Below are positions 40,031-55,953 of a DNA stretch of 64,000 nt, one piece after another. Positions within the stretch are counted from its first letter, which is position 1, and every line of letters starts with the position of its first letter. The position numbers were made by a program, and so were the translations under genes. Location of the stretch: assembly GCF_009914755.1 (NCBI RefSeq), contig NC_060932.1. The stretch is one strand, 5' to 3'. The notes under the pieces are model-generated. The model did not search any database, was not told the DNA's origin, and saw only the letters and a program-made list of their open reading frames with translations. This stretch comes from the human T2T-CHM13v2.0 reference genome, Homo sapiens.

Positions 40031-42258
40031 CAGAACACACACACTCTGCTGTTGCAATGCAGAGCGCATAACCAGATGTATGGAAATGCTGGGGAGACAG
40101 AGCCCCCCTGGCAGAAACGCAAAGCACTGCATGCTCCAGACATTATGGAGATGCTGGTGGGATACACACCCCCTGCCCTCTAGGAGTTTGAGCCGACTGC
40201 GGGGAAGCACTCATTAAACCAAATCAAGCAGGCTTAGATAAGTGCTATGATTGAGAAAACTAACCACTGTGGAAGCACAAGGAAAGGCATGATTCTTCTG
40301 CTCTGAGGGGATCACAGAGGATCTCCTAGAGGTGGGAGCAGCTGAACTGCCCCATGAATGAAGAGGAACAATGTCCAGAGGTGTAGCCAATATCACTGCA
40401 TTCGGCTGCTAGCAGCAGACTCTTGACTACCAGTGACTTAACCAGATAGGGACTTTTTTGTGTCAGACAACAACGGGGTGAGGGGTAAAGGGAGATGATG
40501 CCTCAGCTGTACCATTGGGAACCCAGACTACTTCTTTCTACTCTGCCATGCTTAGAGTGGAGGCCTTTGGCCTTAGGTTTATCATCTCATGGTAGGAAAG
40601 TGGCTGCTACGTCTCTAGGCCTCAGGTTTGCATTCCAAGAAAGAGAAAAAAGGATGAATGAGTCTCAAAGAGCTTTTACCCAGTACAGCTTCACTGCTAT
40701 ATCTGGGAAGGGGCACCCCTCTCAGGGACTTCTGTCTTTAGCTCATTGACCAGAGCTGTGCCACATGGTGACTACTGCCAGGGAAGAGCAGTCAAGTATT
40801 TTTAGTTGGACCCATTGCTGTCATGAGCAAATTGGGGTTCAACTTGTAAGGCAGACGGGGTGAAAGGAGGAATGGTTGTTGAGTTGGCAGGGAGGGCATG
40901 TGCCGCCTGAGAAAGAAGGGCCCTGGGAGCAGTGGACAGGTACCCTGGGGAGGTGGAGAGGGGGATGCAGGGAAGGCTGTGCAAAGAGATGATGCCAGGC
41001 TTGGGGGTGCACATGGAGGAGGCTGGCTTTTAATCTCTAGGTACTAGGGAGCTATGGCAGGTTTCTGAAGGTCACGTGTTTGGGGAAGGGAAGACTAAGA
41101 CTGACAGCAGAGTACCTTGTGCAGACAAACGAGCTTAGTTCTTATTTGCAATAAAACGAGTTCTGCAAAGTTTCAGGCCAGGGAACAGTTTTGCCTCAGG
41201 GCAAAGAGAAGACCATGTACAATAAAGAAGTGAGGGATGATTTGCTTTTAGGTCCTGTCAATAAGAATCCAAACTTAACCTGATGTGAGTCAGCTGTTAC
41301 AGGGAGGCAATCAGCTCTCCTTTCTGGATAATTCAGTTAGTGGGACTGGAAAAGCTGGAAGGGGGTGCCATTTACTCTCCAAACACTACACTTGCCTTTT
41401 TCCTGACCTTTGGGGCTCCTGGGCCCTAGCTGCAGCTCCACCACTCATCAGCAGGATACCTTTGGCCATGACCTTCACCATTGCTTTAAATCAAGGAGAT
41501 GATATCAGAGCATGTCAGAGGCCTTCCCAGCACCAGATTCCCCAGGCTAGATTCCTCCAGCAAGGGCCAGCCTCTCTGATTCTCTTTGCTCAGGGTATTA
41601 CCTTTATGACTTTGAGCTGTTACTTACCTCAATTTTCTTATCTCTGAAATGGAGATCACTTTAGTAGCTGCTGTATGAGTTGTTAGGAAACTTAAGAAAG
41701 TTGTAAAAAGGCTTAGCACACACCTCACATATGAACTGTGCTCAACAAATCACCGTCATCACTGCAACCACCTCAAGAAAGTGACTTTATTGTAAATTTG
41801 AGGTGCCAAGTAATTAGCATGTGTGGATTTCATCATCAATCCCAGGACCCTGACTGTCCCATCTCATTGCCATTCCCCTTCTGCCTCCCCCCACCCCCAG
41901 TACACACATGCACTCATTTTGTGGCAAGTCCGTACCACACATCAGGTACCACACGTACGGTACCAGCACATGAGGTACCGTAATGTGCTGTGTCATAGCC
42001 ACATCCAGACAGCACATCTCAGGAAGGATGCTTGGCTGTGCACATGCCCCTTTGGTAGACAATAAGGTAGACATTATTTTCTGTATTGACAAGATTATTT
42101 CATTTTGAACTGAAAAAACTCGTGATTCCCCTCCCCCACCCTTCTCTAATGCCCCCACCCTACATTGAGCAGGTTGTGATTTTAAGAACATCCACCCACA
42201 GTCTGCTTCCTGTTCTTACACTTGTAATCATGCAGTTAAGAGGGGTTGATTGGCAGTG

Positions 42259-42286
<28 letters not shown>
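42259..42286 (+). repeat. (GT)14 microsatellite
   Basis: Perfect GT run. Confidence 0.95.
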
Positions 42287-42290
<4 letters not shown>

Positions 42291-43293
42291 CAGACCCCAT
42301 GCAGAAAAACAGTCCTGACAACAGTATATCAATTTCCACCCAAACTTTAAAATGGAATAGAGACACCAGGGCCAGAACCTGTCTTCTTGCTGATACCTCT
42401 CTTTCCCCCCTGGTAGACAATATTTACCTGTTAAAAGTCACAGTTCACACCCTTTCTTCCTCTTTCTCTCCCCCTTACTCCCTAACATTAGAAACACTTA
42501 GTGGAGATTAATCTTGTTACACATTGTTTCACTGCAATGGTATTTAACACATAACAGAATCTGCAGTGAATGAAATTCTTGTGCTATTGATCCATGAGGG
42601 GTCAATATGAAGGAATGTGAGCCAGGCATTCACTGTGGTGTAAGAGATTTGTGATATATTTTAGGGGTGCACATGTCTAGTTTGGGATGGAATAGCGGGA
42701 AGCCCACGCTGAGTTTATCTTTCAGAGAGAAATCAGCAAAATCCTGGGGACCATTTCCTGTCAAGTTCAGGGTCAGGGAATAGATTCATGGATCTCTGGG
42801 GCTTCGGGGAGTAGCCAAATTGAGTTAGCTCTTTCTTTGGGAGGAAATCTTCCCTGTTGGGGGCCCAGGGGCCACTTGTGAGAGACAGAGAAGGAGCCTG
42901 CTATTGAGGCAGAGAGGAAGAGGGTTATGAATGAGAGTTCCTGGGCTACAGCCCCTCCTTGTCCTGGTTGGATGCCTGCAACTGCAGCTGCTGGGCTCAA
43001 AAACATCTGCAGAAAACTGAGGAAGGACCACAAGTCTAAGTTAAGGAGGAAGTGGCAGGCACTCATGCATGCCTGCATATGCTGTGCAGAGGTGACCGTT
43101 TAAACCAGTGTTGCAGAAACACTCAAGAAAAACACTCCTCAGCAGGCCTGACATTTATGCCCCCACAGCCATCTCATCCCCCACAGCCTGGTTCACTCTG
43201 GCTGGTGAAACTGAGCAAATACAAAGCTCCCTACACAACCAGATGCACAAAGCTCCCCACATACCCAGACACAGCACAAGCACATGGTGTTCA

Positions 43294-43776
<483 letters not shown>

Positions 43777-45657
43777 TCAGAGGGGTTAAGTACTTATTCA
43801 AGGTCACAGAAAGAAGGTAGCAAAGACAGAATTCAAACTCAGCTCAGTCTGATTCCAGAGCTTTCTGATATTGTACGTAAGTCTTCTGGAAGCCTGGCCC
43901 ACATCAGCCTGGAAGAGGTGTGAGGAGAAGGGACGGTTTTAGATCGTGCTTTGGGATAGTCTGATTGCTTTTCTGATAAGGGGCATAGGGGTGCATGCCT
44001 TCCTGCATGAGTGTGCGTGCACGTGTGCGTATGAGAGTTTAGTCAAAACAGGAGAGAATTACAAATCCGCCTCTGTTATCTACAGCTCCCCCAAACCACC
44101 CCTCCTCAAAAAGAGGCCATTGTAAAGCCTCTATCAGTGTCTCCAAGAGAACATTCTCCAGGGGCATTGCGCCCTCCGCCCTCTCCTCCTCGGATCTGGA
44201 GAGAAGGAATCCCCGTGGGCTGAAAGCTGCAAAGTTGGAGCCGGAGGAGAATCTGGGTGCTCCTTTCAGGATGCAGAGTGGCCTCGCCAGCCAATGGGGG
44301 AAGGGGGTGGAGGAAGCAGGCGGAGGGAGGGTGGAGAATGGCTGTGTTGCTGTTTTTATACAATAAAAGAGGATCATTGTAATTGGGAGCCTTTGAATCA
44401 TAACACGTCTGCCTATGGCTCTCCCCAGCTGCAGAGCCATTTAGTTAAATAGCACACAGAAAACTCCTTTCAGCTGATATTACGTTCCCGCTGTTCTTAA
44501 AATATGAGACTGGGCTGAATTGCTCTAAGGACAAAGCCATCTCAGGCGCCACCCCACCAGCCCCTGGGTGTACCCAGAACCCCCCAGGGATCTCCATAGC
44601 CTGTGGAGGAGGAAGTTTAGAACTTATTTTCATTTGCATGGCACCCTGTCTTTTTGAAGATAGATTAAGATATTTGCACACAGCCTGGTCAGAGCTGGAT
44701 GTCATGGTGAAGTTTTTTGTGGCAGTGGTGGTCCGGAGGGAGTAGGGAGAGGCCAGGAGGCCAGGAGGCCAGCACTGGCGGTGATGGGGTGTGCCTTTGC
44801 TTTTGTGTAGGGGAGGTAAAGAGGTAGATAATGCAGGGATGTGAACTGACAGATAGAAGCTGGAGAAAGAGACTGCCCTCTGGCCAAGACATTAAGGGGA
44901 AAAGATGGGTTCCAGGCAGGAGAGGATTGAAGCGCCAGCTCTCCTCTAAGCTCTCCTAATAGAGAACTCTGCGATTTCATTATCTTGTAGAACTGCCTGT
45001 TACTTTCTTCTGGGGAACTTTGTGTTAGAGAATTGATTCTGAGTATGTGGTGAATTTCTGCCAGAGACCCATAGTCCAGGAGAGCCCGAAGACTTCACGT
45101 TGTTTCCAAGAACCAGGGCTCTTGGGCAGAAAGAGCCACAGAACGGAAACGGTCTTGATCACTTCACAGTTAATGGTAAACATTCCAAAGAACGGAGAAC
45201 TTGCATTCGAGAGTGTGAACTTGGACAGTGCCTGACTTTGGCACTTTTAGAATAGGATTTATGGATTTCCTGGTACAGGATATATAATGTCCTCTGGAAT
45301 CACTGAAAGAAGATTTTGAGAGGATGAGTCTAGTAGCAACATGGTACATTGGTAGGATCCAGGAATGCTCTAGCTGAAAAAAAATTTAGGGATCAAATAG
45401 CCCAGCTTGAGGAAACTGAGGCCCGGAAAGGTAAGATAATTGGCCCAAGGTTATACAGTCCTATGGCCATGTATTATTTTTCTTCTTCTCTACAGTCTAA
45501 CTAAGGCCCTTTTGTTTCCTCGGCCAGCTAGCCAGCTCATCACAGCACCTTCCCTCCCCGCTTTGATTCCTCTTTCCAGTCAGCACTCACTGAGCACCTG
45601 CCAGAGGAAGAAAACAATGCTCCTGCCTTCAGGAAGGTCATAGTCATTGGCACTTAG

Positions 45658-46413
<756 letters not shown>

Positions 46414-46717
46414 TAGCCCATGTCATTTGCACAGCAACCCTACAGAGTAGATAATATGAAGGTCAGAGCCAGAACTCGACACAGATCTTTGGAATCCAAG
46501 ACTTGAAGAGTTTCACCCACGTCAGGCTGGTGCCTGCAGCAGCCGCTGCAGCCCAAGTAGCTGATTGGGAGCCCTGCCTGGGCACGGGCAGGTCACTTAG
46601 AGACACAGGATCTCGGGTGACTGCCCACTTTAGTTCCCCAAAGTCCCCCTAAAAATAAAGGCACTTCAAGGGAATTTAGACAACCTTTAAGTCCTTTAAG
46701 TGAGCAACAGATACTTA

Positions 46718-47815
<1,098 letters not shown>

Positions 47816-47923
47816 TCATTAGTCCCATTTTACAGGTGGGGGAACTGAGGCACAGAGAAGGGAGGGTCCCATGGCTAGGGAGGAGGAGCAAGACACACAC
47901 ACATGCCTGGTCATTGGACTACC

Positions 47924-48090
47924 CAGGGCCAGGACTAGAGGAAAGCAAATGAGGTACCCAGCGTGCAAAATTTAAGGTGACACCCACTCTCAGGTTCCTA
48001 CAAGTGCAGGGTGGCACCCGAGAGTGTGTCCTTAAATTTTGCTTCCTGGGTACCTGATTCGCAGCGTACCTCACCCCGGTCCAGGCCCTG
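47924..48090. mobile_element. MER96-like palindromic hAT MITE
   Basis: TIRs CAGGGCCAGGACTAG ... CCGGTCCAGGCCCTG; internal arms GCAAAATTTAAGG / CCTTAAATTTTGC, CACTCTC / GAGAGTG. Confidence 0.8.
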
Positions 48091-50129
48091 CCACCACCCA
48101 GCTCCTAGTGTATAGGGCACTGTGCTCACTGTTGTGGGGGTGAACACAGAGATGGCCATACCGCTGCCCCTTCCCTGGAGGTACTCAGTGTGGCTGGAGA
48201 ACCCATGCATCTGCAGTCCCCACAGTTAGCCTGGCTGGACTTGCAGAGCCTGAATCGCTGCTCACAGGGTTGCTGTGAGAATTACAGGGGATCATACCTG
48301 TGAAGCATTTAGCACAGTGCCTGGCACCTAGGCATGCCCTAGAAGTTCTGGCTGGTGTCATGTTGTCATTGGCATATGTCTGACCTTACCTCCTGTGAGG
48401 ATACCTCTAAGTCCCTATAGGTTGAGGGACAGCTATGAAAGGAGAGGCCATCACCCAGGGACCAGGAAGTGGCCTGGGATGAAGGAAACTGGACATCCAG
48501 GCCCTCTTCAGCCCCACTGATCCTGACCTGGGCATCATAAGTCCCAGCCACAGAGCCCAGCACTGGCTCCAGTTGAGCTTAGGGGTTCTTCTCTGGGCTG
48601 TAGACACTCCATGCCTGGCTCTGTTATCTCCAAAGCCAGAGTGCATTGCCGTGCTCCCCATACATGAGAAAACACCTGCTGGATGATACTTGGGGCAGCC
48701 ATAGTGAGCCAAGTAGGGGCCCTATCATGGCCTTTTTTGTAACCAGCTTTGTCTGCTGGTCTTCAAGGGTTCAGTTCAGGGAAGGGAGCACTAACTGATC
48801 TGTCATAGGAGATTTGGGAAATCAATTTTGAGAATTCTAGATGAATAACAGATGTGTTGGTTACAAAAATGATAGAAATGATGAGAGCCTTCTTTCCAGT
48901 TTGGTCAAAGCCTACGTAGATTCCGCACATGGCTCAAATGGACTCACCCCTCTTAATCGCAGAAGCTTGGGGGGCCCTGCCTCTGGGAAAGACTGCTTGC
49001 TGGCAGGGCCATGGGACCAATGGCATCAGACCTCCTACTGCCACTCTCCCCAGCCCTGTGCACACACCATGTCTTGGCACCCACCTGCTGGCACACCCTG
49101 AGTGTGGGCCATCTGTGCTATAGGGTCCTCTGTTGGGAGATACCTTTTGTCTTATGCTATCCACCAGTCATCGTACATGTGGGTTGGTGCCATGATGAGT
49201 CCTTGAGTTTGCTGAACCTGGAGCTTTATGCTTTGATTCTCAGCTCTCTACCCCAACCCCCTGCCACCTGAGCACCTGAGTACCCAGCTTTCACTGGGTG
49301 GTTGCTCAATTAATAGTTGTTATATTGATACATAGAATTCAAGAAAAGAGAGTCTGGGTGTGTTGAAATAGGAGTGTGACTTCATGTTGGTCCTAACTGC
49401 ACAAAAGTGAATGGAAACTCTTCCAGAGTTGACTTTTTTTTCCATCTTTTTTTTTTTTCTAACAAGAGGGAAGGAAGAAGTCTTATTGGAAGGAATACAT
49501 GTTGTGTCATCTGTCACCAATCTCTCCCCTCCTCCATGCCACTGAGGTTCTAAAATACCAAATTTGTTCATGTTTCACTAACCGCCTAAAAACCTCTCCT
49601 GGTCACTGCTTTCCTAGGGGTCAGAAACCCAAATGCTTTCAAGAGCTTTGCAGGTAGCATAAAAGAGTGAAGGGGTCAAGGGTAGAATAGTAGGAAGCAG
49701 TGGGAGTGGGTCAGACTAGAGAGCATATCTCCAGTCTAAAGATATTTAGATTTTTTAATGGACTCTCCAGTCCACTACAGACTGCCAGTTGTAATTTCTG
49801 ACCCATAGGATCAAGTCCAAATTCCTGACCCTGACATGGTGGCTCTTTGAGAGCTGAGCTCTACCCACCAGGCATGTTTTGCTCTAAAGCCTTCCACCTC
49901 TTCCACATACCCCACACTTCAGTCATATCAGACTGACCCCTGAACCCCAAATGCACTGTCCTCTCTCCCCTTTCATTCTTTCTCTTAAGAAAGACTCCTG
50001 TAGTTCCTTCTTCCCAGAAAGACTATCCCCAAGCTTAGCAAAACCTACTTTTTTCTACTCTGGAGATATTTGTTCTCTTCTCTAACAGGCCAGTGTACCA
50101 TGGAAATAACCTGTTAGAAATCTAAGCTG

Positions 50130-50300
50130 GTGGATTTTGATCTGTTTGTACATCTGCATCCCTGAAATACTATGAGCCACTTCTCCACCCCAAGGGAAAT
50201 CTTCCTGTTTGTCTCCGTGTTCCCAGCACCAGCACAGGGCTGGCCCACTTCATAGGCTCAAAATTAATGTCTGTGGAATGACTGGATGGTTATATGAATG
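50130..50300 (+). mobile_element. L2 3' end (diverged)
   Basis: TTCCCAGCACCAGCACAGGGCTGGC..A..CATAGGCTCAA...TGTCTGTGGAATGA. Confidence 0.55.
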
Positions 50301-50799
50301 AGGAAGTGGCTCTGTCACTACAGCCTATAGGAAGTTCTATGCTCCTGGGTTGGCACAGGTGCAGAATGAGTTGCTGCTCGCTGCTGCCCCTGGTGGCAGG
50401 TCATTGCCACAGCCTGGAAGGACTGTCACTGGACTATTTTGTAACAGGAAGCAGTCAAGGCAGTGTCTATCCCAGGCCAGCTTTGTCCCAAGTTCAGGTG
50501 CTTTTGGCCTATCTTGGCCAACCTGCCTGCCTCCCTGGCCTAGCCCTGCTCCCTTGTCTGGACATCTGGCCTCTGGGCGCAAGCTGGGTCCACTTCCTCC
50601 CTTGGGCCTGGCCTTATCCCTTGTTTCCTCTTGGGAGCACCATCTCCACCTTCCTTTGTGGCACATAGAGCAATATCACAACTGTCCTTGCAGGATCTTT
50701 CTGGTACTTCCAATAGTAAACTTTTTTTTTTTAATAGAGTCTGAACTTGAGATCAAATGCTATTTAATGGTGGTAGGAAGGCAGGATGTAAATGTGTTA

Positions 50800-51010
50800 A
50801 GTGTCAGCCATTGAACCAAGCATGTTGTATACTATACCTTGTTTTATATTATTTAATCCCAACTACCCCCATTGGTAGAAATTTTTATACTCATTTTACA
50901 TATGAGGAAATTAAGGCTTCAAAGAAATTAACTTGCCTGAGTTACACAGTAAAAGGCAAGGCTGGGATTTGAAGCCAGGTCTGAGTGACATCTGATCCCA
51001 TATACTTGCC
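50800..51010 (-). mobile_element. MIR SINE
   Basis: CATTTTACATATGAGGAAATTAAGGCT...GCTGGGATTTGAAGCCAGGTCTG. Confidence 0.7.
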
Positions 51011-51059
51011 CTGTCACAGTGCTGGACTGTTATGTAAAGGACATAAAGATTCTGTGTTA

Positions 51060-51368
<309 letters not shown>

Positions 51369-51739
51369 TTAGCAAGTAGGATATGTAGACACTGGCCCTG
51401 TCTTCCCCACTAGAGTTTAAGATTTTGCTTATGAGAGACCACACAACGGGAACTAGTAACAGCAGCATCTTTTACCTTTCCCTTTGGAGGCACGTCTTGT
51501 CACTAACACAGCCTCTCATCCTCAAGACACTGTCCTCTTGCAGTTTTGTCACCAGTGGGATGGTGGGATTATTAAGATTTACTTAGTGTGCTAAGTACTT
51601 ACTTAGTACTTACTAAGATTTATCTTAGTGTGCCATCTTGTGTAATAGGAAAATGGGCTTGGGATTCCAGTCTGATATTTGTGTGTGCACATGCCCATGC
51701 TTAAGTAATAGAATAGCAGACCATTCTGTAACAACTGTG

Positions 51740-52230
51740 TGTAGGGGAGAAAATCTAGTTTCCTTTTTTTCCCTTTTTAGGTTCTTTGTGGAAACGCTGT
51801 CCTGAAAATAAAAGTCAGATTAACAGAAGACAAACAACCAAACGTTTATTAATGCGTGCTCTGCCCATCACATGGGAGAGGCCTTAGTTTAAAAGTATTT
51901 CTTTCTCAAGGTGGTGGCTTAGGGACCTTGCTTAAATAGTATTTTAACAAAGGGCCATAAATCCTATATAGTGACAAGACAAAGAAGAGAGCAGTTCCAG
52001 TCTTTGAAAAAGCGGGAAAATGTGGGAAGACAGTAAAATCTGTTCCCAGATTCCTCGGGTGCCTGCTGGTGCCTCCTTTGGTCTCCTAAGTCCGTGCTGT
52101 CTCCAGTAAGGAAAGATTTGTGTCCTCCCATCAGGCAGATGCAGGCCGGCCAGGGGGTTCCTTGGCATTGTCAATGTCTTTCACTTAACGATCCTCAATA
52201 GTTTGGAGAAAAGTATTTTGGTTTCCTTCA
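51740..52230 (-). mobile_element. MER34-like ERV1 solo LTR
   Basis: Minus strand starts TGAAGGAAACCAAAATA, AATAAA near 51845, ends CCCCTACA; 4-bp flanks TGTG/GGTG. Confidence 0.7.
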
Positions 52231-52269
52231 GGTGCAGGAAACCTCTGGGATAGGCATTGGATGAGATAT

Positions 52270-52640
52270 GTGAGTAATCAGGTTAGGCTAAGCTATGATA
52301 CAGTGACAGGTAAACCCCAATATCCCAGTGGCTTCATAAGGCAGAGTTTATTTCTTCCTTTCATGAAGTCCACTGAAGGACTACAGCTCTGTAAGGCAGC
52401 TTTCCTCCAAGCTGTGACTTGGGGATCCACGCTGCTAAAATTTTGTAGCCACTTCATTTGAAACAACTGGCTTTCAGGCTGCTGGAGGAGAGGAAGAGAA
52501 AAGGAAAGGGGTATGTACCCACTTTCTAAAGTTGCCACTTCTGCTCACACAACCTCGCAAAGCCGCAAGGAGCCTGGAGACTGTGGGGGAAGCACATGAC
52601 CGTCGGGCCAGTAGTGCCTGTTTCTGCACAGAGAACCCTG
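52270..52640 (-). mobile_element. Old MLT1 (J/K-like) LTR
   Basis: GTTAGGCTAAGCTATG.TACAGTGACA...CCCCAA.ATC.CAGTGGCTT...AGTTTATTTCTT...CACTTCTGCTCACA. Confidence 0.6.
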
Positions 52641-53049
52641 GGCTGGCTGTGCTGCTTCAGCAAGCATTGTGCCTTTTCTCTTCCGCTCAGCAAGGCAACC
52701 AATTTCCCTTTTACCTTGAACAGGATTCCTGAATCCAGGCCGACAAAGTTTCGGGGCAAAGTCCAGACCTGAACAGAAGCTTCCTGACACTTAGTCAGCG
52801 CCGTCTTTGACGCTAAGGACCACGCTCAATTGTCCCTCCCAACAGGATGTGGAGGAGCAGTCCTGGACTCTGAACGGCCACCCAGACATTCAAAAAAAAA
52901 ATTTCTTTTGCAGCCTATTTGCCTTTCTTACATTTTGTAGGATACCATTACAATTTGGTTTTACATTGAGCATCCAGTCTGGCGTAAAGAAAATTAACAT
53001 TTAATGAGCCTCTAATTACTGCCAGCACTAATGATACTGAGCATAACAA

Positions 53050-53290
53050 TAGTCACGCTAATGGCTGACAGTTACCAGGAGGGTTCAGCGTGCCAGGCCG
53101 ATTCTCAGAACTGCACAGATTAATTAATCTGTATACTCCACCCAACTCCTCCGGGAGGGCGTCCCTGTTGTTCTCTTCCTCAGAGAGTCCTGATTATCTG
53201 TATGGAATAGAAAAGGAAACTGAGGCTCAGAGAGGTGAAGCAACGCAGCGAGGAAGGGGCAGAGCCAGACCGGTCTAGCTGATTCTAAAC
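53050..53290 (-). mobile_element. MIR SINE
   Basis: AGGAAACTGAGGCTCAGAGAGGTGAAGCAAC. Confidence 0.6.
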
Positions 53291-53682
53291 CCAGCACTGG
53301 AGGGTGGGAGTATGTTGGGGGATACAGAAAATGCCAGCTCTTGAAAGCTTTCTGGATATTCTGCTACGCCTATGCATTCGAGGAATATCAGAAGTGTTAG
53401 GGATGCTGGACACTTTGTTCATTCTTGCAGGAAATATTCGAGCCCCTACTATGTGTCAGGCACCATGCTGATCAGGAGGGACCCTACAGTGCTGAGGGAG
53501 AGAGTGGGTTCAGTTTAGACTTGTTTATTCTCCATTGAAGTTCCCTGATTTTTAAAAATATCATTTAAAGGTAGCTGCAGAATGTTGATCTCACATCCTG
53601 CCAGGGAATGGTGGTGCGTTGGAATTTTGGCTCTGAATACATTGCATGGGGCAGATGGACTCAGCTCAAAAAGTAAGGACCC

Positions 53683-53997
53683 GGCTGAGCACGGTGGCTC
53701 ACACTTGTAATCTCAGCACTTTGGGAGGGTGAGGCCGACAGATCACTGGAGGTCAAGAGTTCAAGACCATCCTGGCCAAACTTGTCTCTACTAAAAATAC
53801 AAAAATTAGCTGGGCGTGGTAGTATGCACCTCTAGTCCCAGCTACTCGGGAGGCTGTGGCAGGAGAATCACTTGAACCCAGGAGGCAGAGGTTGCAGTGA
53901 GTGGAGGTTGCAGTGAGCTGAGATGGTGCCACTGCACTCCAGCCTGGGGACAGAGCGAGAGCGAGACTGTCTCAAAAAAAAAAAAAAAGAAAGAAAG
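53683..53997 (+). mobile_element. AluS with 16-bp internal tandem duplication and small left-arm deletion
   Basis: GAGGTTGCAGTGAG twice (53888, 53904); TSD AAAAGTAAGGAC (53669-53680 / 53998-54009). Confidence 0.93.
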
Positions 53998-54904
53998 AAA
54001 AGTAAGGACTCTCTTCAACCAACTGACCCTGTGATTAACCATCCAAGCATTTGTTAGTTACCAATTTTGCACTAGTTCCTGTGTTGAACAGTCAGCCAAC
54101 CACTGTGAAAGCCAACATTTGAATCACCTAGTCCAATCCCCTGGGGCTTTATAAGAGAGGCAATGGAGGCCCTCTCTAGGCTGTGAATTGCCCAGGATTC
54201 CTCTGCTACTTTAAAATGTGCCCATGTTAAAGCTCGCTCCAGAACAACAAACCATACCCGTGACACAAACAGCACTGCCCCCTCCTTTACACTTACATGA
54301 AGGAGCGAGCATGACAGAATGTTTCACCACTCCCAGCCCTTTTGATCATAAGCCTCTTCTTTTGATCCTGATCACCACCTATGGTGTGCAGGGCAAGAGA
54401 GTCAGCCAAGCCTCATCTCCCCACGCAGCTGCAAGGTTTGAGGGAAGTGGGTTAGGCAGTGGCAGCTCTTTCCTCCGTCACAGAGAAAGAAAATGACACA
54501 TACAAGATCAAATGCTAAGTAGCCATGGAACCTGGGCTAACACCCTTTGTTTTTGGCTTGTGCGCCACAATTTTTTTTTTTGTTTGTTTTTTAGTATTAG
54601 AATTTCATCCAAAGTTCTCTGACAAAGCTAATCATTCAAAATTGGTGAAATGAAAATGGGGGAGATAAGAATCCAGAGAAGTCGTCTATTAAATATCTTT
54701 TTGGTGAACTTCAACTTTCTTTTTTAGCTTATGTTTTAAATCTGGAATTTTGTTCCCAGAAAATAATACTGTGACTTGATTATCTCCATGGCATAGAGGA
54801 CTTGGTTTTAGCTCTTAGCCTGCTGATAATCCATGGAGGAAGGCTGAGGGCTCAGCCTCTGTGACTGAGGAGCTCCTGGGCTAGGTGACCTGGCAGCATC
54901 CTGA

Positions 54905-55328
<424 letters not shown>

Positions 55329-55931
55329 TAAATTTATTTTTGAGAGAAGAAAATGCTTTTTGCTCCCTCCTAGCTCATCTGGTACAGCAGGAGTCAGCTT
55401 GTCCTGCAGTTCAGATGGTCTTGATGGCAGAAGACACCAGTCACCATTATGTCCCTTTCATCCCAGCCCGCATCCCATCCTGCCCTCTTCCCCTGTCCTG
55501 GGTTCACGTAGTAGCTATAGTCAGAGTAATGGTTGTCCCTAGTGTTTCTGCTGTGAGGCGCCCCGGCAAGGAAGCTGGTGCGGTGCCTGCAAACCCTGGC
55601 TTCTGCAAAGACTGGAAGGGAGTATCTGTGTCCTGGACAGCATAGTGGAGCCCCCGAGCTGTAGCGGCCACCCCTTGTGCAGAGTAGGTGCTCAATAAAT
55701 ATCTGTGGAATTTCTGAGCCAGGCAGTGTTGATGGACCCACAGTGACACTTATCCAGGATGCAAGCACTTAGAGACTTGGCACATTGGGAATTTGTCCTG
55801 GCAACTGATGAAACATCTTTGCAACATGTGTTATCAGTAACCCTAAATTCAGGTTAACAGTGAGTGCTTGATTTAATCATGAGAATAGCTGTGGTCACTG
55901 AAAAGCCATGTATTTTCCCAAGGCGGGGGGC

Positions 55932-55953
55932 AGAGAGAGAGAGAGAGAGAGAG
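55932..55953 (+). repeat. (AG)11 microsatellite
   Basis: Perfect AG run. Confidence 0.9.
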
